Shown piece after piece: positions 32,102-41,625 of a stretch of DNA of 64,000 nucleotides. Location: NCBI GenBank assembly GCA_045132235.1, contig JBGURX010000026.1, positions 18,175 to 82,174 of the forward strand, written 5' to 3'. Under the pieces are notes generated by a model. The model saw only the letters and a program-made list of their open reading frames with translations. It had not been told where the DNA came from and searched no databases. The first letter of the stretch is position 1. Every line of letters starts with the position of its first letter. Source of the DNA: Bacteroidales bacterium (GTDB lineage Bacteria > Bacteroidota > Bacteroidia > Bacteroidales > WCHB1-69). The position numbers and the translations under genes were made by a program.

Positions 32102-32671
32102 TTAACAGTTCCATGCCGATTCCAGCCGAGGTAAATAAATTACAGATTTCTTGTCATCAAAAGATTTATCAATATAGCCATTTTTCTTTCCATATTTCAG
32201 AATGTTCTTATAAGCAAACGTTTTTAACGCTTCTCGTTTGTCTTTCTTGGTTTTTGACTCACCACATTGACCTTTCTTTGGTTTTGCATAATGGTACAGA
32301 TAGAAAAAATAAAGTTGCACATCATCATTACTAACGATGCTAGTAATATCATATTTGAAAAAACTGAACTCCTTTTTTGTGATTATGTGATTCTTTTTTA
32401 AGTATAATATATACTCATAATACGAAAGGAACTGATCCATTTCGCCTTCCAGTTTGCTTTTGTGAAAGGACTCATCGTACCAATGTTTGTTATAATCTAT
32501 CTTATACAACATACTCAATTGTCTTACATCTCTCCTGAGTACATTAATAAGATTTGACAGTTTCTCTGCCCTTTCCGACTGGACCTTTTTCCACCATTGA
32601 TAGCATGAAAACACAAATCCGATGATTGCCACAACCATTGTGACACAGCCTATTATTTCATTTGAACTCAC
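32102..32671 (-). CDS. AT-rich hypothetical protein with N-terminal TM helix
   Basis: 189 aa, GTG start, one TM helix then a helical region. Confidence 0.7.
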   Translation of the reverse strand: MSSNEIIGCVTMVVAIIGFVFSCYQWWKKVQSERAEKLSNLINVLRRDVRQLSMLYKIDYNKHWYDESFHKSKLEGEMDQFLSYYEYILYLKKNHIITKKEFSFFKYDITSIVSNDDVQLYFFYLYHYAKPKKGQCGESKTKKDKREALKTFAYKNILKYGKKNGYIDKSFDDKKSVIYLPRLESAWNC

Positions 32672-32749
32672 TTGTTTATAGTTTTTAAGTTCTCGCCGAC
32701 TCTCTTACGGCTTTTCGGCTGCCGCCATTATTTATTATCTACTTGATAT

Positions 32750-35700
32750 TTAATCTCTTATACAACGCACTGAACGCGCAGAAAAGTCCGTCAGAGATCC
32801 TGTGCTACTACTTTCAAAAACTATGGGTGAAGCATAATCAAAATAGAAATACTTACGATAACCATTCAACCAAAAAGAAGCACGTTTCCCAAAGTCAGCA
32901 TAATTGGCTCCATGATTGGTGAAATTGTTATCGTCAACCCAGTAATAACTTCCTGAAGCTTTCGCATTGAAGCCTATAGCATTATTGTCAGAAGGAGTAT
33001 TGCCTACTGCGCAGACAATATCGCTGGTAGTCCAGCTTGTTGTAGAAGCAAATGCTTTGGCAAAATATGTGCTATCGTTACCGCATATATAATCACTCTG
33101 GCTGCTTACATAATCAATGAGTTGTGAAAACTCTACAACACTGGGCAAATGCCATCCCGTTGGACAGACATAATTTTTTGCTGCTGAGCTATACAGAAGT
33201 CCAAATGTTGTTTTGTTGGAGGATTGGTTGTTCGGATAGTACCAATATCTGCCACCTGAAGGGTCGTTCGCATTCCCTTGAGAAATGGAAGTGCCATTAG
33301 CTTCCTTCGTGGTACGTAGGTTCTCTCTCATCCAGCACTGTGAGCCAATCTGCACAGCATGATAGATATTGCCGTCACAGTCAGTGACGGTAATATCATT
33401 ACAATTTTCGTATACAAACGAAAATTGTTCACCATACGTAGTTCCTAAAGAGTTAGTGGCGTATGCTCTCACAAAATAAGTAACACCCGCTTCAAGACCT
33501 GTGAGGATTGCAGTGTACCCACCATTCCCCGTGCCTGCGGCTATGTAGCTGTCGAATACAGTGGGATTTGGGTAGGTGCTGTAGCAGAAACCTCGCTCCG
33601 TCACCTCCAAGCCGCCATCAGAAGCCACATTGCCCTGACAAAAGCCTAATTCAGTTGCACTTACAGTCATCACCACTGGCGCTGTGTTGGCCAGAGTGGT
33701 CACCTCCATCTGCTCGCTGTAGGCAATGCCCACGCTGTTGATAGCATAGGCCCGCACGTAGTAGGTGGTGTTGGGTGTGAGTTCGGAAAGCGTGGTGGAG
33801 AAACTGCCAATGCCGCTCCCCAATGCCACATACGAGTTGGAAATGGTGGGATTGGGTGTGGTGGCGTAGCAAAGACCACGGGCAGTTACTGCGTAGGTAC
33901 CAGAGTCAGTTACATTGCCACCGCAAGTGAAAGAATAATAGGAAATGTTGGTAGCAGACACTGCCTCCACAGTGGGAACAAGGTATGGCAGTGTGGTAAA
34001 GGTGCGTTCCTCTCCATAGTCGGTGCCCACGCTGTTGGTAGCATATGCCCGTACATGGTATGTAGTATTGGAAAACAGACCTGTGAGTTCGCCTGTGAAA
34101 GCACCCACACCCGTGCCTCCTGCAATAATGTTGTCTTCAATGGTCGGATTCTCGGAAGTGCTGTAGCACAGTCCTTTCGCTGTTACCGCCGCACCGCCTG
34201 CGTAGGTCACTGCACCGCCGCAGGATGCACTGGTCTGTGTGATATTGGTTACGTTGTTGGTGGTCACGCCCGGAGGCGTGGTGGAAGAGGTGAAAGAAGT
34301 TTCTTCGCCATATACCGTACCCACGATGTTGGTGGCGTATGCCCGTACATAGTATGTGGTGGTAGGTGCCAGCGTGGTAACAGTGGACTCAAATACACCG
34401 GCAGTGGTGCCATCGTTAGTATGGTCACCCTCAACGGTAGGGTTGTGCGATGTGCCATAGCAGAAGCCACGGGCAGAGAGCATCGCGCCACCATTCGATA
34501 CCACTTCACCATGGAAAGTGGCGGTGTGCGGCAGAATGTCAGTCACAGGACTGGTCGTGACAACGGGAGCAGTGGGAATCACGGTGGTGAAACTACGCAC
34601 CTCGCCGTAAGAAGTGCCAAGCGCGTTGGTAGCGTAGGCACGCACATAGTAAGTGGTTACAGAATTTAGTCCGAGAATTGTGGTAATGAACTCGCCTGTA
34701 CCCGTACCGTCTGTGGTCACATTGTCAGCTACTGTGGGAGTAGGGTTGGTGCTGCTGTAGCAGAGTCCGCGTGCCGTCACTGGCAGACCGCCATCGGTGA
34801 GCACATTGCCTCCACAAACGGCACTGCTGGCCAATACGTCACTCACAGCGGAAGTGGTTACTACGGGCATTTCGCTGGCGAGGGTGGTGAAGTTTACCAC
34901 TGCACCATAAGCCGTACCCACTTCGGTGGTAACGTAAGCACGCACATAGTAAGTGGTACCAGCCGTCAGTCCCGAAAGCGTACTGGTGAAACTGCCGAGT
35001 GAATAACTGTCAGTGGTGACATTGTCAGCGATTGTGGGAACGCTGGTTATTCCGTAGCATACGCCAGCGGCCAAGATGCTGGAGCCACCATTGGCAACCA
35101 CTTCGCCACTGCAAACAGCAGTAGTGTAAGATATTTCACTTGCCGTTCCAGTGGTTACCGTGCCAAGCGTGGGATTCAATTGGAGGTTCAGCTCTTCAAT
35201 CACAGTCTGCAAACTGTCAATGGTATGGTATATTCCATTAAGGATATTCTGCAACTGTACATCCGTGATATAGCGAGCATCGTTTTCAAATGCAGACACT
35301 TGTGTCGGGATATTGGCCGCCTGCTGCACAGTGGCGGCGGTCAGGTAGCCCGCATCGTTCTGAAAGGAACTGACGGTGGTGGGTACAGTTGGAATTGTAG
35401 GTTTGTTTAGAATTTGCGCCGTACCGCTGGTAGCATTCCAGTCGGCGTTCACCTGTGCGGGAACCTGTGCGGCAGTAATATAGTTGGCATCATTGTAAAA
35501 ATAGCTCACGTTTGTGGGTATGGTCGGAATGGAACCGATGGTGGCATAGTTGGAAAGGGTGACATTCATTACCGACTGTGTCACATAGTTCATATCGTTT
35601 TGGAACGAACTGACCGTCGTGGGGATGTTAGGTATCGTAGGTTTGTTCATTATCTGCGCGACACCGCTGGTGGCATTCCAGTCGGCGTTCACCTGTGAAG

Positions 35701-36490
35701 GGACCTGTGCCAATGTAATGTATCCTGCATCGTTGGTGAATGCACTCACGTTAGTGGGGATGTCCGCCTCAGTCACGTAGTTATTGGTAATCAGGTCGTT
35801 TTGCGTGATATAGTTCTCGGTAGTCAGCGTGCTTTCCGTCACATAGCCAGCATCGTTCACGAAAGCACTCACGTTGGTCGGTACCGTCGGTATTTCAGGA
35901 ATGGAATCCATCGTGATATATCCAGCGTCATTGGTAAAAGCCGAAACGATGGTGGGCACAGTCGGAATCTCCGGAATAGAGTCCATTGTGATGTACCCTG
36001 CATCATTATTGAAAGCACTTACATTTTCAGGAATCTGCGGAATATCGGGCTGGTCAGTCAAGTCGTTGTAGCTGCCGCTGAAACTGTTAGCGGCATGACC
36101 CGCATACAGCGCATACGGTACACTCAATAGTTGCTGTGTGCCCTCGATGGTGTAGTTGGTGCCACCATTCGGATCGGTCTCGGTTTTCAGAAAATACGGA
36201 CCGGTCGCCCAGTCAATAGCTGCGAATTCACCGCTCAGCACGGTGCCACCGCCTACTTGCAGCGTCATCAATCCGTTGGCGTTGGTGGTCGTGGTGTGGG
36301 TTTCCATGTAAACCACATCGCCGTTCACCCCGCCCTGCAGGATGGAGATGCGTACGCCCACCACACCGCGCACGAGGGTGTTGCTTTCGTTGCGAACCAC
36401 CGCCTGATAGGTGAATTTCTGCGGGGCTTGGGCGAAAGCCACCGCCAACATGCTGAAAAACAGCGTCAAAGTGATAAGGATTCTTTTCAT
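32750..36490 (-). CDS. large secreted fibre-like protein: NDAGY repeats, ~6 Fn3-like repeats, C-terminal FISUMP (Fib_succ_major) domain
   Basis: QAPQKFTYQAVVRN...LLSVPYALYA; VSAFTNDAGYIT and NADWNATSG repeats; TTYYVRAYATN repeats; D.DGN.Y..VQIG.QCWM.ENL...CPTGWHLPS...SVRCIRD. Confidence 0.9.
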   Translation of the reverse strand: MKRILITLTLFFSMLAVAFAQAPQKFTYQAVVRNESNTLVRGVVGVRISILQGGVNGDVVYMETHTTTTNANGLMTLQVGGGTVLSGEFAAIDWATGPYFLKTETDPNGGTNYTIEGTQQLLSVPYALYAGHAANSFSGSYNDLTDQPDIPQIPENVSAFNNDAGYITMDSIPEIPTVPTIVSAFTNDAGYITMDSIPEIPTVPTNVSAFVNDAGYVTESTLTTENYITQNDLITNNYVTEADIPTNVSAFTNDAGYITLAQVPSQVNADWNATSGVAQIMNKPTIPNIPTTVSSFQNDMNYVTQSVMNVTLSNYATIGSIPTIPTNVSYFYNDANYITAAQVPAQVNADWNATSGTAQILNKPTIPTVPTTVSSFQNDAGYLTAATVQQAANIPTQVSAFENDARYITDVQLQNILNGIYHTIDSLQTVIEELNLQLNPTLGTVTTGTASEISYTTAVCSGEVVANGGSSILAAGVCYGITSVPTIADNVTTDSYSLGSFTSTLSGLTAGTTYYVRAYVTTEVGTAYGAVVNFTTLASEMPVVTTSAVSDVLASSAVCGGNVLTDGGLPVTARGLCYSSTNPTPTVADNVTTDGTGTGEFITTILGLNSVTTYYVRAYATNALGTSYGEVRSFTTVIPTAPVVTTSPVTDILPHTATFHGEVVSNGGAMLSARGFCYGTSHNPTVEGDHTNDGTTAGVFESTVTTLAPTTTYYVRAYATNIVGTVYGEETSFTSSTTPPGVTTNNVTNITQTSASCGGAVTYAGGAAVTAKGLCYSTSENPTIEDNIIAGGTGVGAFTGELTGLFSNTTYHVRAYATNSVGTDYGEERTFTTLPYLVPTVEAVSATNISYYSFTCGGNVTDSGTYAVTARGLCYATTPNPTISNSYVALGSGIGSFSTTLSELTPNTTYYVRAYAINSVGIAYSEQMEVTTLANTAPVVMTVSATELGFCQGNVASDGGLEVTERGFCYSTYPNPTVFDSYIAAGTGNGGYTAILTGLEAGVTYFVRAYATNSLGTTYGEQFSFVYENCNDITVTDCDGNIYHAVQIGSQCWMRENLRTTKEANGTSISQGNANDPSGGRYWYYPNNQSSNKTTFGLLYSSAAKNYVCPTGWHLPSVVEFSQLIDYVSSQSDYICGNDSTYFAKAFASTTSWTTSDIVCAVGNTPSDNNAIGFNAKASGSYYWVDDNNFTNHGANYADFGKRASFWLNGYRKYFYFDYASPIVFESSSTGSLTDFSARSVRCIRD

Positions 36491-36510
36491 GATTTATTGG
36501 ATTTTTGATT

Positions 36511-36582
36511 ATACGATTATGCGGGGATGCGGGGATGCGGTTATAATGGTATGCGGGGATGCGGTAATGCGGTTATACGGGG
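36511..36582. repeat. degenerate octamer tandem array
   Basis: Nine units of consensus ATGCGG(G/T)(G/T). Confidence 0.8.
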
Positions 36583-36629
36583 AGAGAGGATAGGATTATG
36601 CGAATACGCGTATTCCCTCATTCTCGTCA

Positions 36630-37109
36630 TCATCTCGCCAACTTGATGACCTTGAATGTCTTCAGCACCTGCTGCCCCTGACAAACATTCACAAAGTACG
36701 CGCCTGCGGAAAGGTCTGACATCGGAATTTCGGTATTTTCTCCCTCTATCTTCTTCACAAACAAAAATTTACCATTCATATCAAACACTTTCACTTCCCC
36801 TTCCAATTGTTCATCGTTAATTGTCAATTGTACATTTCCAATCGTGGGATTCGGAAAAACTACAGCATTCAGCGTAATGCCCGGATAGTTGTCAATCCCG
36901 ATAATCTGGATTTCATACGGCTGCTGCACTCCTTCATAGATGGTAGTGCTGCCGTCGCTATTGGCCTGCACGGCAACTTGTCCCACGGTGTACGAAACCG
37001 TGAAACCACCGTCAGTGGCATCACCGCCAAAAGGCACGATGACGGACTGGGCGGAAAGACCCATCACTGACAATATCATCAATGATAGAAAACTGTAAAA
37101 ATTTTTCAT
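36630..37109 (-). CDS. small T9SS type A CTD protein, partner of the fibre gene
   Basis: GG.....VSYTVGQ...EGVQQPYEI then VFPNPT...LSAGAYF...KTFKVIK. Confidence 0.88.
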   Translation of the reverse strand: MKNFYSFLSLMILSVMGLSAQSVIVPFGGDATDGGFTVSYTVGQVAVQANSDGSTTIYEGVQQPYEIQIIGIDNYPGITLNAVVFPNPTIGNVQLTINDEQLEGEVKVFDMNGKFLFVKKIEGENTEIPMSDLSAGAYFVNVCQGQQVLKTFKVIKLAR

Positions 37110-37354
37110 GTATTTGTTTTTATGTTTGAATTACTTGAATTTCAATCTGTTGTAAACCGTTTCCGCTCTTCAGTCACAAACATAAAAAATCGTGAACTTC
37201 ATTTTATTTGCATCAGAGGTTCTGCAATACCTGTATCACAAATAAAGAAAGCTCACGATAACTCGTGAGCATTTCCGTCCTTCTTTTTGTGATACATTTG
37301 AAATTTGCAGATTTCTGATGCACAAAGAAAAGCGAAAACGCTTTATTATAAATC

Positions 37355-37408
37355 TGTTGAGACAACGCATGCGGTATATTGTTGAGACAACGCATGCGTT
37401 GTCTGTAC
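37355..37408. repeat. REP-like palindrome with a partial tandem copy
   Basis: GTTGAGACAACGCATGCGTTGTCTGTAC preceded by a 19-nt duplicate TGTTGAGACAACGCATGCG. Confidence 0.75.
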
Positions 37409-37535
37409 TTATTTTTATTCTATTCTATAGGCGGGTAGATTGGTGAATATTTTGTTGATTATTTCAAGTGGCAAATATACAAATAAATTGGAAATTGAAA
37501 AGTGAAAATGGGAATTTTTTGAGAAGGATGCTCCG

Positions 37536-38399
37536 TTACTTCCACTCGAACTTCACCGGCTCCACGGTGTACCCTTTCTTGCGGAGCAGCGCGATGACAC
37601 CCTTTTCGCCGCCGAGATGCGCGGCCCCCACCACACAGAACAGCGTGTGCTCGAGGGCGATCTTCTCGAAGTTGTTGGCCATCCCCACATTGCGGTCCAC
37701 CAAGAAAATTTTGTTGAACTTCTTCGGCATGGAGGGATCGTTGCTCATCACCAGCATGGTGTCCAAGTTGAACGACAGGTAGGCCTCCAGCAGCCCGTCT
37801 GTCATGCTCTCGCCCGAGTCGGTTGTGGTGGTGTCGTTGATGGCCTGCAGCAGCATGGACACTTGGTCTTTCAGCTTGATGGCATCGATGGCGCCCATCT
37901 GGGTTGAGTATTTCTCTACTCCATAGCAGAATTTGTTGGCCTCGCGGGCTTTCTTCAGAAAGAAAATGTCCAATGCATCCTCTTGATCCTGAGAAAATTC
38001 GGATTGCTGGAGCAGGCTCATCACAAAGAAGGGTTTGATGGTGTTGAGCAGATAGGCTGAGGTGTGGATTTTCTTCTTGCAAACGCTGTCCAGCTTGTGG
38101 AAATCGCTCTCCGACATCATCTTAGACAGCAATTTTCCCTTCGGCATATAGGTGAAGGCTTTCGCATCGGCGGCATCGATTTCGTCCATGAGAATCTCCA
38201 TGGCGAAGGCATCGCACGAGTAGAGGGCTGTGAGCACGGTGGTGTCGAACGCGAACACGCGCTGGTCCTGTATGTGGATGCTGCCGTACAGGTAGGAGGG
38301 CTCTTTCAGGTCTTTGCCGGTCACTTTCCAGAGCAGCGACTGCGGGAAGGCGGTCAGGGAAAAAAGGAGAAGGATAAGGGAGAGGAACAATTTTTTCAT
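37536..38399 (-). CDS. TraB/GumN family protein
   Basis: SLLWKV.G....PSYLYGSIH, GVE...Q, DRN..MA, VGAAHLGG..GVI.LLR. Confidence 0.92.
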   Translation of the reverse strand: MKKLFLSLILLLFSLTAFPQSLLWKVTGKDLKEPSYLYGSIHIQDQRVFAFDTTVLTALYSCDAFAMEILMDEIDAADAKAFTYMPKGKLLSKMMSESDFHKLDSVCKKKIHTSAYLLNTIKPFFVMSLLQQSEFSQDQEDALDIFFLKKAREANKFCYGVEKYSTQMGAIDAIKLKDQVSMLLQAINDTTTTDSGESMTDGLLEAYLSFNLDTMLVMSNDPSMPKKFNKIFLVDRNVGMANNFEKIALEHTLFCVVGAAHLGGEKGVIALLRKKGYTVEPVKFEWK

Positions 38400-38496
38400 A
38401 GTGGATTGAATTTTGCGTGGCAAAAATAGTAAAAAATCGCAAAAAATCTCGTATTTTTGCACTCTGAATTTTGAGGATTATCATTAAAGCGAATTT

Positions 38497-39750
38497 ATGG
38501 CACAAGAGAAGATACCCGTCCGTCTGTTTTCCGAAATTGGTCGATTGAACGCCGTGCTGCTGCACACTCCCGGTCCCGAGATAGAGGCCATGACTCCGGA
38601 GAACGCTTCGGAGGCTCTTTACAGTGACATTCTGAATCATAACATTGTGACGGATGAGTACCGCTACTTCCGTGGCGTGTTCGAGAAATGCACCCGTGCC
38701 TATCAGGTCCGCGATCTGCTGGCGGAGGTGCTGTCCGACCCTGCGGTGGCCGAGCCGCTGGTGCGCCAGAGCTGTGCCATCGACGGCTGCGGCTTCCTTG
38801 CCGACGAGCTGCTGGATCATACTCCCGAAGTGTTGGCCGGCGAGCTGATTGAGGGCTTCCGCTATCGTGCCGGCGTGGATCCCCGTGAGTTCGAGCAGGG
38901 GCGTTTTCTGCTGAAACCGCTGTACAACCTCTTCTTCACCCGTGATGCTTCTTCGTGTGTGCACGACCGCGCCCTTATCCATACGATGGCCTTCCAGGTG
39001 CGCAAGCGCGAGTCGCTGATTTATCGCGCCATCTTCGAAAACTTCTTCGGGGCGCCGGTATATTGTGCGCAGGATGCCTGTCCGACCGCCCGTACCGAAG
39101 GCGGAGACGTGCAGATTGTGCGCGATGACCTGCTCTGCGTGGGCAACGGCATCCGCACCAACCGCGAGGGCATCGACTACCTCATGCAGGCACACGCCCA
39201 CAAGGGAAAATTCGCCATCATCGCGCAGCAACTGCCCCACCATCCCGAGTCGTTCATCCACCTCGACATGGTGTTCACCTTCCTCGGCCCCCATACCTGC
39301 ATGGCCTATGAACCGCTGCTGCGCAAGAGCGGCATCTTCAGCGGGATGGCTACCACGTTGATTACCAGCGACAACGGCAAGGTCTCTTGCCGCGAGTATC
39401 CCGATATCCTGAAGGCTCTGCAGTCACAGGGCGTTGATTTGGAACCGGTGATCTGCGGCGGCACCGACGAATGGATGCAGCAGCGTGAACAGTGGCACAG
39501 CGGAGCCAACTTCTTCGCATTGGGCGAGGATCATGTTATTGGCTATCGCCGCAACAGCCACACCATCGAGGCACTCGACAGGGCCGGTTTCACCATTATG
39601 AAGGCTGAGGATGTAGTGGACCGCGGTGTCAATCCGTTCGACTACCAGAAGTGTGTGGTCACCTTTGCCGCTTCGGAACTTCCGCGCGGCGGCGGCGGCG
39701 CCCGCTGCATGACCTGCCCCATCAACCGTGAGGACACCTGCTACCAGTAA
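38497..39750 (+). CDS. arcA: arginine deiminase
   Basis: SEIGRL..VLLH.PG.E, NLFFTRD, EGGD, HLD, EQW..GAN, ELPRGGGGARCMTCP. Confidence 0.92.
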   Translation: MAQEKIPVRLFSEIGRLNAVLLHTPGPEIEAMTPENASEALYSDILNHNIVTDEYRYFRGVFEKCTRAYQVRDLLAEVLSDPAVAEPLVRQSCAIDGCGFLADELLDHTPEVLAGELIEGFRYRAGVDPREFEQGRFLLKPLYNLFFTRDASSCVHDRALIHTMAFQVRKRESLIYRAIFENFFGAPVYCAQDACPTARTEGGDVQIVRDDLLCVGNGIRTNREGIDYLMQAHAHKGKFAIIAQQLPHHPESFIHLDMVFTFLGPHTCMAYEPLLRKSGIFSGMATTLITSDNGKVSCREYPDILKALQSQGVDLEPVICGGTDEWMQQREQWHSGANFFALGEDHVIGYRRNSHTIEALDRAGFTIMKAEDVVDRGVNPFDYQKCVVTFAASELPRGGGGARCMTCPINREDTCYQ

Positions 39751-39781
39751 ATCTCATGGCAGTGCCCGCACCGCCGCTACT

Positions 39782-39855
39782 TCATCCTCTCATCCTCGTA
39801 TCCTCTCATCCTCGTATCCTCGTATCCTCCATTCTCCATTCTCCATTCTCAATTC
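39782..39855. repeat. octamer + heptamer tandem array between convergent arcA and radC
   Basis: (TC/GT)ATCCTC x6 then CATTCTC x3, running into the radC stop. Confidence 0.85.
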
Positions 39856-40558
39856 AAATCACCCCCTCCGCCAGAAAGCTGTAGCCGTTGGACTTGCTGA
39901 TGATGACGTGGTCGCGTACCTCGATGTTGAACAGGCGGGCGGCTTTGCGGATGTTGAGGGTTAGCTCGATATCTTCTTTGCTGGGGCGCACATTGCCTGA
40001 CGGGTGGTTGTGGCACAGTATCAGACTGACGGCTCCGAGGTCCAGTGCCTTCCTCACAATCTGGCGCACATCCACCTGCGTGGAGCTTAGTCCGCCGCTG
40101 CTGATGCACTGGATGTGCAGGATGAGCGAGGCGGTGTTCAGGAAGATGGTCCAGAACTGTTCGTGGGTGGCATCTGCCAGCCGGCTCTGCATCAGCTCGA
40201 TGACATCCTCCATGCAGCTGATTCTCTTGCGCTGTTCCACGATGGCGGCCCGTCGCCGCCGGCCCAGCTCGAAGGCGGCCTGTAGCGTCACAGCCTTCAC
40301 CTTGCCGATGCCGCGGATGCGCGTCAGCTCCTCGATGGTCATCTCCGCCAGCCGGTTCAGATCGTTGCCGGTGGCGGCGAGGATGCGTTTGGCGAGATCC
40401 ACCGCCGACTCCTGCGCGGTGCCGGTGCGCAGCAGGATGGCCAGCAGCTCGGCATCGCCCACATGGTCGGCACCACGGGTAAGGTACTTTTCTCTCGGAC
40501 GGTCGGAAACCGACCATTCAGGGATGGATAGATTGGTAGGAGGGTATTTTGCACACAT
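39854..40558 (-). CDS. radC: RadC (JAB/MPN domain) protein
   Basis: DRPREK, ELLAILLRTG, GIGKVKA, HNHPSG..PS..D, DHVII. Confidence 0.93.
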   Translation of the reverse strand: MCAKYPPTNLSIPEWSVSDRPREKYLTRGADHVGDAELLAILLRTGTAQESAVDLAKRILAATGNDLNRLAEMTIEELTRIRGIGKVKAVTLQAAFELGRRRRAAIVEQRKRISCMEDVIELMQSRLADATHEQFWTIFLNTASLILHIQCISSGGLSSTQVDVRQIVRKALDLGAVSLILCHNHPSGNVRPSKEDIELTLNIRKAARLFNIEVRDHVIISKSNGYSFLAEGVI

Positions 40559-40626
40559 GGCATTTTCTTCAATGTGTCATGGGGAAGAGGGTGTGAGTGG
40601 TGGAGTAGAAAAAGAAAGAGGGATGC

Positions 40627-41562
40627 TTAGTATGCTTTTTGGCGCTTCAGTACGTAGGGTAGCAGAATTTGGTCGAAGCCTTTGGTGATGTCGCAGGGTA
40701 TCAGGTCGATCTGGTACTGCCCGCACTTCACCTTCAGCTCGTTGAAGTAGTCACCGATGGTGGCTTTGTAGTAGTCGCGGATTTGGTTGGCATGGATCTT
40801 CAGCTCGTCGCCCGACTCCATGTCGATGAATTTGTAGAGCCGGTTTTCCAATGCGAAATCAAACTCCAGCTTTTTGTGGTAGGTGTGGAAGAGAATCACC
40901 TCGTGCTTGTTGTGCTTGAGGTGCTGTAGGGCGAGCAGCAGTTCTTCGGTGTCGGCGCAGCTTTCCAGCATGTCGCTGAAGATGATGACCATGGAGCGGC
41001 GGTGGATCTGTTCGGCGATGCGGTGGAGGGTGTCGGTCACCATCGTCTTTCTCCGCACCTCGTTGGAGATGGGCCGCAGCAGTTTCTCCAGCTCGCGGTA
41101 GATCATCTTCTGGTGCATGTCGCCGCCCCGCGACTGGGTGTGCAGCTCGAGGGTGTCGGAGAAGACACTCAGTCCGACGGCATCGCGCTGGTTCTTCAGC
41201 ATCTGCATGATGGCTGCCGCCGCATAGATGGAGAAGAAGATCTTGTTGGGCGAGGCCAGGGTGTAGCTGTTCTGCAGCGGAAAGTACATGGAGGAGGAGT
41301 TGTCGAGGATGAGGTGGCATCGCAGGTTGGTCTCCTCTTCGTAGCATTTGACAAAGAGCTTGTCGGTTTTGGCATACAGCTTCCAGTCGATGTGCTTGGT
41401 GGGCTCGCCGGCGTTGTACTGGCGGTGTTCGGCAAACTCCACCGAGAATCCGTGCATGGGACTCTTGTGGATGCCGGTGATGAAGCCCTCCACCACCTGT
41501 TTGGCCACGAACTCCAGATTGTCGTATTGCGTTACTTTCGAAAGGTCCAGCTTGTATTCCAT
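40627..41562 (-). CDS. DUF58 (vWA-like) protein
   Basis: G.HKSP.HGFSVEFAEHRQY, IDWKLYA.TDKL.VK.YEEETN. Confidence 0.92.
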   Translation of the reverse strand: MEYKLDLSKVTQYDNLEFVAKQVVEGFITGIHKSPMHGFSVEFAEHRQYNAGEPTKHIDWKLYAKTDKLFVKCYEEETNLRCHLILDNSSSMYFPLQNSYTLASPNKIFFSIYAAAAIMQMLKNQRDAVGLSVFSDTLELHTQSRGGDMHQKMIYRELEKLLRPISNEVRRKTMVTDTLHRIAEQIHRRSMVIIFSDMLESCADTEELLLALQHLKHNKHEVILFHTYHKKLEFDFALENRLYKFIDMESGDELKIHANQIRDYYKATIGDYFNELKVKCGQYQIDLIPCDITKGFDQILLPYVLKRQKAY

Positions 41563-41625
41563 AGTGTCTCTGTCAAGGGTTGTGCAAAAAGCGTGCAAAG
41601 GTACGATTATTTTATGAATTGGCGC

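Noticed and set aside
32750-33400. Diversity-generating retroelement targeting the FISUMP domain
   Set aside because: No reverse transcriptase and no adenine-variant template repeat visible in the window; a trans-acting DGR elsewhere cannot be excluded
39854-40558. radC as a marker of a mobile element
   Set aside because: Full-length chromosomal type with host-like codon usage among housekeeping genes
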